Virus record (IMG/VR): IMGVR_UViG_3300007722_000005
Coordinates: 1 to 64,000 of that record
From: a virus
Strand: one strand, 5' to 3'
DNA: 64,000 nucleotides
Of the stretch, positions 1 through 9,637 are shown one piece after another. The stretch's first letter is position 1; each line of letters begins with the position of its first letter. The position numbers and the translations under genes are program-made. Below the pieces are notes generated by a model, which was not told the DNA's origin, did no database searches, and saw nothing but the letters and a program-made list of their open reading frames with translations.

Positions 1-93
1 CGCTGCAAACATGTGCGCTCGTGTGACCATTTCACTATGGATTGTTGCTCTCATCTTCCATACCTCCAAGTTCTGTTCCCCGATTGTGAATAG

Positions 94-124
94 CTATTCT
101 ACACCAATCATTTCGAAAGGTCAA
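94..124 (-). promoter_or_regulatory. Early sigma70-type promoter TTGACC-17-TAGAAT with TTTCGAAA palindrome in spacer
   Basis: Reverse complement reads GTTGACC TTTCGAAATGATTGGTG TAGAAT; near-copy at 492-522. Confidence 0.75.
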
Positions 125-133
125 CAATAAATC

Positions 134-466
134 TCAATCTATGATGCTGCTAATATCACAAAACGCAATCTTGGCTTCGTTGAGCGAAAGTGCGATCACA
201 GTCAGCGATTCTTCGGTATCGATCACTTGTGGAATTCCACTTGCAAGAAGTTCGAGATTTATAATCCCTGCCCGGAACCCCGCGGTCAACGATTCCAACA
301 CAGCAAAATTCAATTTGAATTGTTCAAAATTCGCAGCGATCGCGGCCTCATCGTCTCGCTCCACACAACTCTTCAACACCACCAATTGTACATCAGTGAT
401 CGTGGTATTGAAAGGAAAGTGATCAAAGCCATCATTGAATTTACCGTATACGTGGAACGTCGTCAT
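134..466 (-). CDS. Hypothetical early protein
   Basis: ORF directly downstream of promoter at 492-522; start taken at MTTFHV. Confidence 0.6.
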   Translation of the reverse strand: MTTFHVYGKFNDGFDHFPFNTTITDVQLVVLKSCVERDDEAAIAANFEQFKLNFAVLESLTAGFRAGIINLELLASGIPQVIDTEESLTVIALSLNEAKIAFCDISSIID

Positions 467-491
467 TTTTCTATTTCCCAATTGTGAATAG

Positions 492-522
492 CTATTATAC
501 GCCAACCATTTCGAAATGTCAA
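492..522 (-). promoter_or_regulatory. Early promoter TTGACA-17-TATAAT
   Basis: Perfect sigma70 consensus, TTTCGAAA next to the -35. Confidence 0.85.
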
Positions 523-641
523 CGATTGTTTTCCCCGCCTATTTAATTTTAAATGAGGGAGGACACCAGCATCATCAGCAGAATCGCTTATAGGCGGTTC
601 TACCGATGATTTGACGTATGTTTAGGCCGGTGATTGATCGA

Positions 642-1415
642 TTAGCTATCGAGAGAAACCGGCATCAACGTGCTGTGAAGAATCACTGCGATCACTTGCT
701 CGTTGAGTGGCCCGGGATGAATAGCAATCGCCCGTGCAGCTGCAGCAATATTGCCCGGCAGTTTCTGCAGAGTAGTCACGGCGTTCGTCACATAGTCCTT
801 CTGCGTCACGCCGGCAGCTTTCGCTGCGTCTTCGATCGTCTTTTTCAGATCGGCGCCAACCATCACCGGTTTCAGCGTCGGAGGTTTCGTCGTCTTTTTC
901 TTGAACTCGTTGAATTCGTTGCGGAACATCGTGAACACTTCCGTGTCGGGTTTCAACGTTTTCTCGATCAGATCAACAGTCTCCGGCAGCAGTTCAGTGA
1001 ATGCTGAGCCGAAACGTGCGTACGAACCTTCGAGAGACACACACGACAGGCCGAGCGACTCCGCAGCAGATTTGAAGTGTTTGTTGTGTCGTTGCTGATC
1101 GTTGCAATCTTTGACGCCTGCAGCGAAATTCTTCAAGTGTGCGATTTCATGCACGAGAGTTTGCAGCGCTGGCAGCATACCTTTCGCGAGATGTTCCGCG
1201 CAGATGTTGATTTCGTGTTTCTTCTCGCCGTTAACTTCCCAGATGTCGTGCGAGAACCAGCCGAGCATTTTGTGTACACCTTTTGACGCGACGGTGATCA
1301 CAGGCTCCGGCAAACCGAGTGAGTGATGATCGTTGAAGAAATTGAATGCGCGGTACAATTCGCCCTGCAGCTTCATGTGCGTGTTCAACGTAGTAGCTTT
1401 CATGTGATTCCTCAT
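642..1415 (-). CDS. SprT-like HEXXH zinc metalloprotease-domain protein
   Basis: HEINI...TLVHEIAH...HNKHFK pattern. Confidence 0.7.
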   Translation of the reverse strand: MRNHMKATTLNTHMKLQGELYRAFNFFNDHHSLGLPEPVITVASKGVHKMLGWFSHDIWEVNGEKKHEINICAEHLAKGMLPALQTLVHEIAHLKNFAAGVKDCNDQQRHNKHFKSAAESLGLSCVSLEGSYARFGSAFTELLPETVDLIEKTLKPDTEVFTMFRNEFNEFKKKTTKPPTLKPVMVGADLKKTIEDAAKAAGVTQKDYVTNAVTTLQKLPGNIAAAARAIAIHPGPLNEQVIAVILHSTLMPVSLDS

Positions 1416-1433
1416 TATTTAAAGTGAACGCTT

Positions 1434-1462
1434 AGCTTACACTAAACGTTTCGAAACGTCAA
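1434..1462 (-). promoter_or_regulatory. Early promoter TTGACG-17-TAAGCT
   Basis: Same architecture with TTTCGAAA. Confidence 0.7.
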
Positions 1463-1687
1463 CAGTAATGTTGCAACGCAGCGACTCCTGCTCATTTCAT
1501 CAACCACGCAAGAAAGAACGCAGCTGCAATGACAGCGATCAACCGCACGACACCTTCACGCGATCGCTCCTCAGCGAGCTCGGGATCATCAGACTCCCGT
1601 TTGCGCGAGCCGAGCAGCCACCCAGCAACTGCAGCGACGATCAGCGCACCTCCGCCGTACCCGCTGTCTTTGTTGTCTTCATCCATT

Positions 1688-1885
1688 TCATTCCACCTCG
1701 ACGTAAGCCATTGCAGTCTGCAGGAGATGATCATAGTCGCCCGACATCATCTCCTTCTGGCACTCTGCAGCAGCTTCGGTGTGGCCGGCCCTTTTCAGAG
1801 CTCTCGTCACTGCACCAATTATTGCGTACGCGTTGCCGTCTTCGCCAACGAGCCTGACAGTTATATCCGGGAATTTCGGTTCCAT
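1688..1885 (-). CDS. Conserved small phage hypothetical protein
   Basis: LVGEDGNAYAIIG...SGDYDHLL pattern typical of a small phage protein family; SD AAGGA upstream. Confidence 0.6.
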   Translation of the reverse strand: MEPKFPDITVRLVGEDGNAYAIIGAVTRALKRAGHTEAAAECQKEMMSGDYDHLLQTAMAYVEVE

Positions 1886-1930
1886 TGTGTATTAGTCCTT
1901 TTTTGGTAGTGTAGAAAACATATGCACGTA

Positions 1931-2191
1931 CTACGCGCGATAAATCACCGCGTGCGTCGCGTCGCAGCGACGCGTCGCTGATGCAACACAACTTGGCGAT
2001 GCATTGTTTGACCTGCGCGGGCCGCGATACCAAACACGCATGCCGAGTGCGCGCATTGCCGGCCGCAGCACTGTCTCAATCTTGTTGAACATGGCGATCG
2101 GAATTCGGCCAGACACGCCCGAGTTGCCGCGCGTACTCGGCCACACAGTAACACACTGATCGACCACAACTTGTGCTGTATTCTTGTCCAT
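1931..2191 (-). CDS. Hypothetical early protein
   Basis: SD AGGAG and promoter at 2215-2243 upstream. Confidence 0.6.
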   Translation of the reverse strand: MDKNTAQVVVDQCVTVWPSTRGNSGVSGRIPIAMFNKIETVLRPAMRALGMRVWYRGPRRSNNASPSCVASATRRCDATHAVIYRA

Positions 2192-2214
2192 ATTTAATCT
2201 CCTATTGAACGTAT

Positions 2215-2243
2215 ACTATACATCAATCATTTCGAAATGTCAA
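2215..2243 (-). promoter_or_regulatory. Early promoter TTGACA-17-TATAGT
   Basis: Same architecture with TTTCGAAA. Confidence 0.75.
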
Positions 2244-2774
2244 CAGTTATTTGCAGAATTCTGCATGCAGCTTTTTCATGCTTTTCCTTTTTTTCGTGCC
2301 GGCATTGCGAACATCTGATCATCGATGATCCTCATCTTCGTTGCATAAAACGTGTCATTCTTCTGCCACAGCTTCCGACGGACCTTCTTCATAGGATACT
2401 CTTTGACGAGAACGTCACCATCCCAATATGACCCTAACGCTTCCATGTTAGATCTCCTCTGCAATTAATACAACCATTATATTATTATTAGGCAACTTCG
2501 ACAACGGCGTTTTATTGCCACATTTCGAAATTATACGCCGTTGTGCAATCGATCTATTCGTTGCATAATATAGTTATTGGTTCGATCAGCAATGCTGGGG
2601 ATGGACGGCGAGGGTGGCCGCACGTTACGTCTCCGGCGAAACTGTCCGCAGGGGAATACTCCGCGCATTGACGTTAATTTGCAAATTGACCAATACGGTA
2701 ACATTTCGAAATAAAGTGACCTTCTCGGCCACTTTTAAATTATATAAATACCTCATAAACCCGCCGGAGAAACA

Positions 2775-3074
2775 ATGTCACAATTACTGAACGAAATCAA
2801 AGAGTTAGTCCGCAAGAAGCTGCGAGATGCTAAGCTGGGGAAGAAGAAATCCGCTGCTACCCGCCGCAAGATCTCACGATCTATGCAGGGGAAGTCGAAT
2901 TTCGAGGGGAAGAAGCACACTCGCGGCACGAAGGAGAAGATGCACCGCTCCCGCGGCAAGGATGATCAGGGGAAAGTCGGCGGCAGCCGCTGGTTCAAAC
3001 CTACGGCGTATACATCTTCGAAGCCAGATCGCCGCAGCCGGGCTGCACCTCAGGGTTACGTGCACGGCCGCTAA
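2775..3074 (+). CDS. Basic NUMOD3-like repeat protein under a late promoter
   Basis: TATAAATA at 2743-2750, SD GGAG; K/R-rich motifs KKSAATRRKIS and KKHTRGTKEKM. Confidence 0.6.
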   Translation: MSQLLNEIKELVRKKLRDAKLGKKKSAATRRKISRSMQGKSNFEGKKHTRGTKEKMHRSRGKDDQGKVGGSRWFKPTAYTSSKPDRRSRAAPQGYVHGR

Positions 3075-3382
3075 CTCAGTAACGTCGCGGCGGCCTTTCA
3101 TATCAGTTTAAGTTAACGCTGCGGGGTGCCCGAATCGGTCACCTAATAGTCCCATTATAAGTGCAACGTTCGCTGTAGTTATGTTGTATCAGTTTAAGTT
3201 GACCGACGTCGAGCAACGAACGAACGCCCTTTCTGGGCATCTAATCACCCAACAACGAACGGAACGAATCGTATCACCGCGCGCGGCACGACAAAAGAGT
3301 GACGAGATATCGTCAACAACAATCTCTGTGGTCGCGTGCGCACATGCAACAACACCTCTCTCTCTGAGTGACGGTGTTGACT

Positions 3383-3637
3383 CTAATCTTTCTCTCTACC
3401 TAAAATTTTAGGCAGCTCTCTGCCTAAAAGTGTTTGATTGCGACAAAGGCGCTCGAACAACTCCCACAGCTGCTCGAACTTGTGGTCGTATAGTGTTTTG
3501 ATTGCTGTGAAGTCTTGACTGTCTGCACCCCGATCGACTAATGTTGCGATGTCCGTTGTGACATTCCAACAAGTGAGAATCTCCTGCTCAAGGTCGAAAA
3601 GATCTATTTGATCGTCATTCGTGATTGATTGTTTCAT
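3383..3637 (-). CDS. Hypothetical protein
   Basis: FDLEQEILTCWNVTTDI pattern; SD GAGGG. Confidence 0.55.
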   Translation of the reverse strand: MKQSITNDDQIDLFDLEQEILTCWNVTTDIATLVDRGADSQDFTAIKTLYDHKFEQLWELFERLCRNQTLLGRELPKILGREKD

Positions 3638-3657
3638 TGTGCCCTCATTTGTGTTGA

Positions 3658-4200
3658 TTAGACCGTTTCATATACGTGAGGCGATCTACCCCTCGTCCAA
3701 TTGAAAGGAACTGCCGTATTGGCATGCATTAACCGTTCCTCACCTGTTATAACATTGTATATCCATCGACGACCTGCTGTTGCGGCCCAATACTTGTTTG
3801 CCCGCGTCGTTTTCATCTTTGCCTTTGTGATTGTGCTGCTCTTGTGACCACGACGATTCGCATATTGCTTCATCTTTGCGGATATTTTGGCTTTCGTCTC
3901 TTCGCTGTGGTGTTTACCGAAGTTCGGGTTTTTCGCGCCTTTTTTATTTTTGGCAAAATTTGCGAGCGCTTTTTGACTATATGGCTTACGTCTTCTTTTC
4001 TTACGAGAAGGAATGGTAATGAGGTAGAAATTTCTGAGCTCAACAGCTCTTCGTTCCGCATGGACAGCTGATTTTGTGTGTTCGAGGATTTCGAACTTGA
4101 AACCTTTTTCAGCAGCGCACACACGAATTTCTCGGTCAGTTTGTTCCGTGACATCTATTTGCTTTCCTTGTGGCGTATCAAAAAGAACTATCGTATACAT
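3658..4200 (-). CDS. NUMOD3-motif protein (possible degenerate homing endonuclease)
   Basis: NPNFGKHHSEETKAKIS; no clear GIY-YIG or HNH catalytic motif. Confidence 0.6.
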   Translation of the reverse strand: MYTIVLFDTPQGKQIDVTEQTDREIRVCAAEKGFKFEILEHTKSAVHAERRAVELRNFYLITIPSRKKRRRKPYSQKALANFAKNKKGAKNPNFGKHHSEETKAKISAKMKQYANRRGHKSSTITKAKMKTTRANKYWAATAGRRWIYNVITGEERLMHANTAVPFNWTRGRSPHVYETV

Positions 4201-4227
4201 TTATATATTCTTCTGCATGCTCCGTTT

Positions 4228-4713
4228 TCATCGATGATATTCCTTCAATTTGGCGAACGCGGTTGTGATGTTGATTGCGATTCCACCAGCTTCGCTCCAT
4301 TGTTCAAGGTTCCTTGGCTGATCGTCGATCAATATTGACGATGGGTCAGCAAAATGTTTCTTGTCTCTCCACGCCATAACAAAATTAGTTGGCCACTCAA
4401 TTCCGTGTTTCTGTAACCACACACGTTTCATTTCACCAACACGACGATGTTGTTGATGTCCACCTGTAGACGACAAAATCTCGACAGGAATCTTTAACTG
4501 CTGTATCTTCCTGATATCACTAATCAACTGATCGGCCCACGGTGTTTTGTCGAGGTGAATAAATCCCTCGTTGTTGATCATCTGCACAAACAACGGAATG
4601 AATATGTTTGCAGACCTCGCTTCTGATAGCGTCAGTTTGTATGTATCCTCCCAGTATTTGTCAAAGTCGGCTATAACGCCGTCCATGTCAACGTAGATCT
4701 TGCTTATTTCCAT
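4228..4713 (-). CDS. HAD-family 5'(3')-deoxyribonucleotidase
   Basis: VDMDGVIADF and LIDD motifs. Confidence 0.8.
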   Translation of the reverse strand: MEISKIYVDMDGVIADFDKYWEDTYKLTLSEARSANIFIPLFVQMINNEGFIHLDKTPWADQLISDIRKIQQLKIPVEILSSTGGHQQHRRVGEMKRVWLQKHGIEWPTNFVMAWRDKKHFADPSSILIDDQPRNLEQWSEAGGIAINITTAFAKLKEYHR

Positions 4714-4718
4714 TTATT

Positions 4719-4961
4719 TTAGCCTGTAGATGTTGTATAATCCCACACTATGTACGTACCATATTCAGGATGTCCGTGAATCCGCATCAGATCACCGTAT
4801 GTATCAAACACTGAGACGCTCCGAATGGCGGTCAACCACTGGATGACACATTTTCCTGTGTCGAATACTACCCCTTGAAATTGAGGTTGATCTGGAGCGT
4901 TCTTCTGATCAGCAGTGTGCGACTCAGGAACGAGTGGGCGATATGCAGTGAATGTTTTCAT
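4719..4961 (-). CDS. Hypothetical protein
   Basis: Tightly packed ORF in operon. Confidence 0.6.
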   Translation of the reverse strand: MKTFTAYRPLVPESHTADQKNAPDQPQFQGVVFDTGKCVIQWLTAIRSVSVFDTYGDLMRIHGHPEYGTYIVWDYTTSTG

Positions 4962-6121
4962 TTAGATACAGTAAGTAAGTAATTGTTGTTGATAATTTTC
5001 CACGATAGTGGTTGTTTCGTTCCTCTATCATACCACTTTGTTTGTTTCAAGACAACACCTTCACGAATAGTATGCCGTAGGCTCGGGCCATCAGCGAGTT
5101 CGAAAGCTTTTTCAAGAACTATGTCTCGATTTGGCATCTCCCCACAAAGAGAACTCAACGGAAAGTCGTTGTGTAGCACAGGGATGTGCTCAATGATGTT
5201 CTGGTCACAATGCTGCAACAAAGCCTCAACAAAATGACGGCGGGCCTGTGGAAGGAGGTAGTCCATTGTGTCAATATTGTACACGTCGTAAATGAAGATC
5301 TTCAACCGATCGAGCCCTTCGTGATTACCTTCAACACCAGGCCCCATCAGCTCCCCCTGAATCGCGACGTTGACACAATATGGTTGCTCACCGTCCTGGT
5401 AATCAGGTGAGATCTGTTTGTTGTAGCAGTGTTTGCGGAGAGCGTCGAATATCTTTGAGTCTATTGCGGTCTTCACGTAACAGCTGCCGGCGACGTTTCC
5501 GTCAATAACCAACTCTTGATTTCTCGAGCAGACACCAATACTACCATTATGGTAATATATTGTGATGCTACGCCCCTCAAGTTTTGTTGTCACTTCGTAT
5601 TGGATACGATGTGGAAAACCAATAGCATCATCGATCAGATATCCAGTGATGTTCTGAACGCGCTCTTGGTCTGTCTTCGGAATGAAGTCTGGGAACGATC
5701 CTTTTGTCTCACCCATTCCTGTCGCGACAGGCTCCCACTTCTGAATGTTCAACCATTCAGAAGCGTCTTCACCCTCTACCAAAGCCTCTACCAAAGGAAT
5801 CCAGCATCCCGATTGTTCAATACAACTCGCAACAGATAGAATGAGGCCTTGCGAAATCTGTCCGCGCAGTTTGATTGTTTTCAACTTTGCTCCAGGAATA
5901 CCGTTGTACTCCTTCGGCACTGCTCCCTTCGAAAGGAACGGAGCTATTGTATGAGGAATCCAGCTGTCAATCTCGCAATAGACGATTTCATCTCCGACAT
6001 TGAATTCACCTTTCTTGACGACAGACTGCCATCCGTCGATGATCGCAAGCTCAATCAGGTCGGCGCCTTCGATTGGACGGAGGTCGGCAATCTTACGAAT
6101 TGTTGCTAGTTTTCTTTCCAT
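4958..6121 (-). CDS. RNA ligase, Rnl2/DRB0094 family with N-terminal OB domain
   Basis: RKLATIRKI N-terminus, motif I TKLEG, QGEL, REGVV, WKII. Confidence 0.85.
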   Translation of the reverse strand: MERKLATIRKIADLRPIEGADLIELAIIDGWQSVVKKGEFNVGDEIVYCEIDSWIPHTIAPFLSKGAVPKEYNGIPGAKLKTIKLRGQISQGLILSVASCIEQSGCWIPLVEALVEGEDASEWLNIQKWEPVATGMGETKGSFPDFIPKTDQERVQNITGYLIDDAIGFPHRIQYEVTTKLEGRSITIYYHNGSIGVCSRNQELVIDGNVAGSCYVKTAIDSKIFDALRKHCYNKQISPDYQDGEQPYCVNVAIQGELMGPGVEGNHEGLDRLKIFIYDVYNIDTMDYLLPQARRHFVEALLQHCDQNIIEHIPVLHNDFPLSSLCGEMPNRDIVLEKAFELADGPSLRHTIREGVVLKQTKWYDRGTKQPLSWKIINNNYLLTVSK

Positions 6122-6213
6122 TATCGGTTCTCTTTGATTTCTGTTATGAATGATTCCGTGTCGATGGGAGGCGAACGTCTTTCGGTTCAAGAAACTTGGG
6201 TTGGGTCATATAG

Positions 6214-6537
6214 TTACCTTCTCATTTTTGAAATGTCTTCTGCTTGTTGCTTCGAGAACACAGGAACAGCATTCGACTTGTGCATCACAGCAATACCGAT
6301 TATTGCAGTGCCGGTATAGACAGGGATTGGTGTTTTTGGTGCAACGTGATCGTTCGACTCAATTGAACGGATCTTTTTGAAGTCTTCCGCACCAGGCCGA
6401 ATGAAAGTATCGGGCTTTGTCCGCGTCATGATTTTGAATTTGCTCTTCGGAACGTATTGTGATGTTCGGATCTTTTTTTCCTGATCGCGTTGCTTTCGAG
6501 TGCGCGGCGATTTTTGGTTTGTGTAAAGTATTAACAT
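6214..6537 (-). CDS. Conserved T4-like phage hypothetical protein
   Basis: YTG..IIGIAVMHKSNAVPVF...ISKMRR C-terminus. Confidence 0.65.
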   Translation of the reverse strand: MLILYTNQKSPRTRKQRDQEKKIRTSQYVPKSKFKIMTRTKPDTFIRPGAEDFKKIRSIESNDHVAPKTPIPVYTGTAIIGIAVMHKSNAVPVFSKQQAEDISKMRR

Positions 6538-6974
6538 TATTTGAATTCAACTGGGACACAGTATTTGTCCTTCCACGATTTGTACGCTTCAGCAATAAAC
6601 GAATCTTTCGGTATGAACGGTTTCGACTTGTCGCACATTTTCATTAACCTTCCCACAACAAGCACGGTGGCCCCACCCATTATAACAATCACGGTGGTCC
6701 CACCCATTATAATCGCATCATTGGGGTCAGGCCATACCCCGGCGACTAGCCCTGCTGCTACGTATGAAAGAAAGGACGCTACCAAAAACAACAACATACC
6801 TACTACTCCAACACAAGCTGCAATTGCAGCACTACCAAAGAAAAAGAGAAATACTGCCTCCAGTATACCCTTTAAAACTTGGCGGCCGTATGTGCAAATA
6901 TCAGTGCATGAATGCCCATAGCCTCGAGCAAGCTTATAGTGCCACGATTCTTTATTGAATACCAGTGTTTTCAT
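6537..6974 (-). CDS. Hypothetical membrane protein
   Basis: Hydrophobic segments; short internal tandem duplication near 6665-6712. Confidence 0.6.
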   Translation of the reverse strand: MKTLVFNKESWHYKLARGYGHSCTDICTYGRQVLKGILEAVFLFFFGSAAIAACVGVVGMLLFLVASFLSYVAAGLVAGVWPDPNDAIIMGGTTVIVIMGGATVLVVGRLMKMCDKSKPFIPKDSFIAEAYKSWKDKYCVPVEFK

Positions 6975-6976
6975 GT

Positions 6977-7414
6977 TTATATCTCGTTGTACCGGTTCAT
7001 CTTGAAGATCTTCATAACGTCCTCCGCAAACTTGCGGTTAGCTGGTGTCAGAAGAAGGACTCGGTTGTGTTGGAGGGTCGTCACACGTGTACGTGTATCA
7101 TCAATGCATCGACTTTCGACGTCTAATTTGCGCAGAAGTCGGTGAGCCATATTCCCATAATAATCGTACTTCTCTCCTGTTTCCTTGACGACCGTCTGGA
7201 ATACGGGATCAGGTCGGCGGACTTGTACGAATCGCCGCAGAATCATTTTTTGGAGCTTGCATGAGTAGAACATCGTGGCCGGGATGTACCCAATGTACAC
7301 AGCTTCACGGATTTCTTCGTAGCCGGTGCATGTCGTGAAAGTAATTACTGGAGCACCACACTCTATTGTCTCCCCGAGAAAATTCACATACATATCTTCT
7401 ATACGTTTGCCCAT
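6977..7414 (-). CDS. Hypothetical protein
   Basis: SD AAGGAG; promoter TTGCAC-17-TATACT at about 7438-7467. Confidence 0.6.
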   Translation of the reverse strand: MGKRIEDMYVNFLGETIECGAPVITFTTCTGYEEIREAVYIGYIPATMFYSCKLQKMILRRFVQVRRPDPVFQTVVKETGEKYDYYGNMAHRLLRKLDVESRCIDDTRTRVTTLQHNRVLLLTPANRKFAEDVMKIFKMNRYNEI

Positions 7415-7522
7415 TTTGAAACTCCTTAATTGTAGATAGTATAATACAAAATTACGAAAAGTGCAACTCTGGGCGACGAATTAGTTCTTCACTTCTGGTT
7501 CTACGTACGTCCAATATCTCAT

Positions 7523-7957
7523 TTAGTCTCTCATCAATATAAGTTCTACAATTGCTTGATCAAATTGTTCTTGAGTTTTTGCAAAAGAGTCAGTCCAGCG
7601 CGGATTTTCAGAATAAGGAGCAACAACACGTTTGATACCAGCATTAATCACCATGCCAGCACACGTCTCACACGACATAAACGGCCACGTGTAAAGAGTG
7701 CAGTTGGATACATCGCGACGTGCAAAGATGATTGCGTTGCGTTCACAGTGCACAATTTGTGGATATTTAATATCTCTGTTTGCATACCTCTCTGGTGAAT
7801 CATCAACACCTCTTGCAAACCCGTTGTATCCAATAGACACAAGAATGTTTGTTTTGGTCTCTGCAATCACTGCACCAGTTTTTGTGCTAGGATCTTTTGA
7901 CCAACCAGCAACGTGTTCTGCAAGCCTTAAGAATTTTCTGTCCCAGTTTGTGATCAT
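7523..7957 (-). CDS. cd: dCMP deaminase
   Basis: SKDPSTKTGA, GYNG, HCERNA, CETC zinc motifs. Confidence 0.9.
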   Translation of the reverse strand: MITNWDRKFLRLAEHVAGWSKDPSTKTGAVIAETKTNILVSIGYNGFARGVDDSPERYANRDIKYPQIVHCERNAIIFARRDVSNCTLYTWPFMSCETCAGMVINAGIKRVVAPYSENPRWTDSFAKTQEQFDQAIVELILMRD

Positions 7958-8235
7958 AATATATCTTCTCCGTCATCTAGATCATTATTTAACTTTTCTT
8001 GCAGTGTTTTGAATGTTGTGGGGTGCATTACGAAAGCGCTTTCTGCTATAACATATACATTAGGGTCAGGATATGGCTCCTGCACAAATTTGTGGCTCCG
8101 CCAAGGTGTCCAAGAAAGCAGCTGCTCTTTCCATGAGCGGCTAACTTTCACCTCCTTATACTTAACAAGGTTTGGATTGGTTGTTACTGGTAGACCATTA
8201 AGAAACACTGTTTGCCCTTTCACGGATCTCACCAA
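7954..8235 (-). CDS. Hypothetical protein
   Basis: ORF in operon. Confidence 0.45.
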   Translation of the reverse strand: MVRSVKGQTVFLNGLPVTTNPNLVKYKEVKVSRSWKEQLLSWTPWRSHKFVQEPYPDPNVYVIAESAFVMHPTTFKTLQEKLNNDLDDGEDIL

Positions 8236-9577
8236 ACGTCCAACGTTTGGTTATTACCCCATTCTCATACACAGTTTGCAGCGCATCCGACTTACCAGGA
8301 ACGAACGGCCCCGAGGTGTAGTTGCCATCAATATCTTTGAACAATGTGACGCGGCCTTTCATAGAGCGCTTACCAGCGTCAGTGACAGGATCTTTGTACA
8401 CATCACGCCACTGGTTGTTTACTTGAATCGCAGAACACTTCATTGCAAATTTCTGAGTGTCGCGGTCAATTTGTTGCAACAGAGCACCACCCATACCAAA
8501 AGCAACGTTGTCGGCACTGAGACCCATTGAAGTGATCTTTTCGAGTATCGATCGAATAGTGTCTTCGTTAATACCATCACCTTGAATAACTCGTACATTG
8601 TTCAGTACTCGGTATCCTTTTGAGTTTGTTTGTGTTCCATATGCATCAGCCAGTAATGCCAGGCAATCGGCGACGACAGTGGTAGGATCACCCGAGTCTG
8701 GACGAATGACAACCGTAGCGCCAGAATCGATAACTTCCTGCTTCAGAGTGCGTCCCCAGTGATTCTCAACCGCTTGATAGATGTTGTAGCTATCAGATAC
8801 AACAGCAAGAACGCTACCAGGCTTTGCAAATTGCTGCAGCATGTTACGATACGCTTGTACTTCGTTCTCACGACCCCACGAAGTAATTGTGCTGTGTTCT
8901 GCTGCAGGAATACTGAACGACGGCTTCTTTGCTCCGTAATATTTTGAAGCATACAGAGCACCGGTAACGTTGTCTGATCCCATAAACCCAGTAGCAAGGT
9001 GAGCGGAACCACCAATACCTGCCGATTCAAACGAACTAACACCACGTGCACCGAAATCGTGCAGTTTGAAATCGAGTCCCCCTACATTGCCAGTCTTTTC
9101 CAGATACTGTTTGATCAGCCGGCGAATTGACAGACTATTTGTTGCCACGGTTGTTCCATACCACGTTGCTCGGAGAATTGCAGTTTCCAACCATGTAGTT
9201 GCCCACGCAAATTCTTGGTCTGTGTTCTCGACAGTGACCAGCACATTATTAACTGGGACAACAGACCCCTCAGGGGCAGCTCGAATGCGGACTGGCATGA
9301 ACCCGCTGTGCTTGATCAGCATGCGCAGCCAACCTTGTTTGTTGAATGGTTCGCCATGATCATTCCAAAATTCGGCGGCTTCATCAATGTCACGTTTTGT
9401 GAACGGAGTCTGCAGCACATCCTGCAAGTAAATCTGCAGACCGTACATCATTGTCCATGGGTATTTTCCACCTCGAGATTCAACGTACGAAAATACATTC
9501 TGAGTGCCAGGGGGATACTGCAGCCACATTGGCGACTTATAAGAGTCAACGTTCAGTGCTATGTTTTTAATGTTCAT
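8198..9577 (-). CDS. nadV: Nicotinamide phosphoribosyltransferase
   Basis: DSYK, HDFGARG, SIPAAEHS, VSDSY, IRPDSGDP, QGDG motifs. Confidence 0.93.
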   Translation of the reverse strand: MNIKNIALNVDSYKSPMWLQYPPGTQNVFSYVESRGGKYPWTMMYGLQIYLQDVLQTPFTKRDIDEAAEFWNDHGEPFNKQGWLRMLIKHSGFMPVRIRAAPEGSVVPVNNVLVTVENTDQEFAWATTWLETAILRATWYGTTVATNSLSIRRLIKQYLEKTGNVGGLDFKLHDFGARGVSSFESAGIGGSAHLATGFMGSDNVTGALYASKYYGAKKPSFSIPAAEHSTITSWGRENEVQAYRNMLQQFAKPGSVLAVVSDSYNIYQAVENHWGRTLKQEVIDSGATVVIRPDSGDPTTVVADCLALLADAYGTQTNSKGYRVLNNVRVIQGDGINEDTIRSILEKITSMGLSADNVAFGMGGALLQQIDRDTQKFAMKCSAIQVNNQWRDVYKDPVTDAGKRSMKGRVTLFKDIDGNYTSGPFVPGKSDALQTVYENGVITKRWTFGEIRERANSVS

Positions 9578-9637
9578 TTATAAAGATCCTTTATAGTTTA
9601 TTAGCTTGCAGTCTACCCACAAGGTTGTTTTCCAACA

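Noticed and set aside
2590-2670. Hammerhead ribozyme (stem followed by GAAAC)
   Set aside because: No CUGANGA core in the required position
6665-6712. Short tandem duplication in a membrane gene
   Set aside because: Simple in-frame duplication with no sign of a larger repeat system
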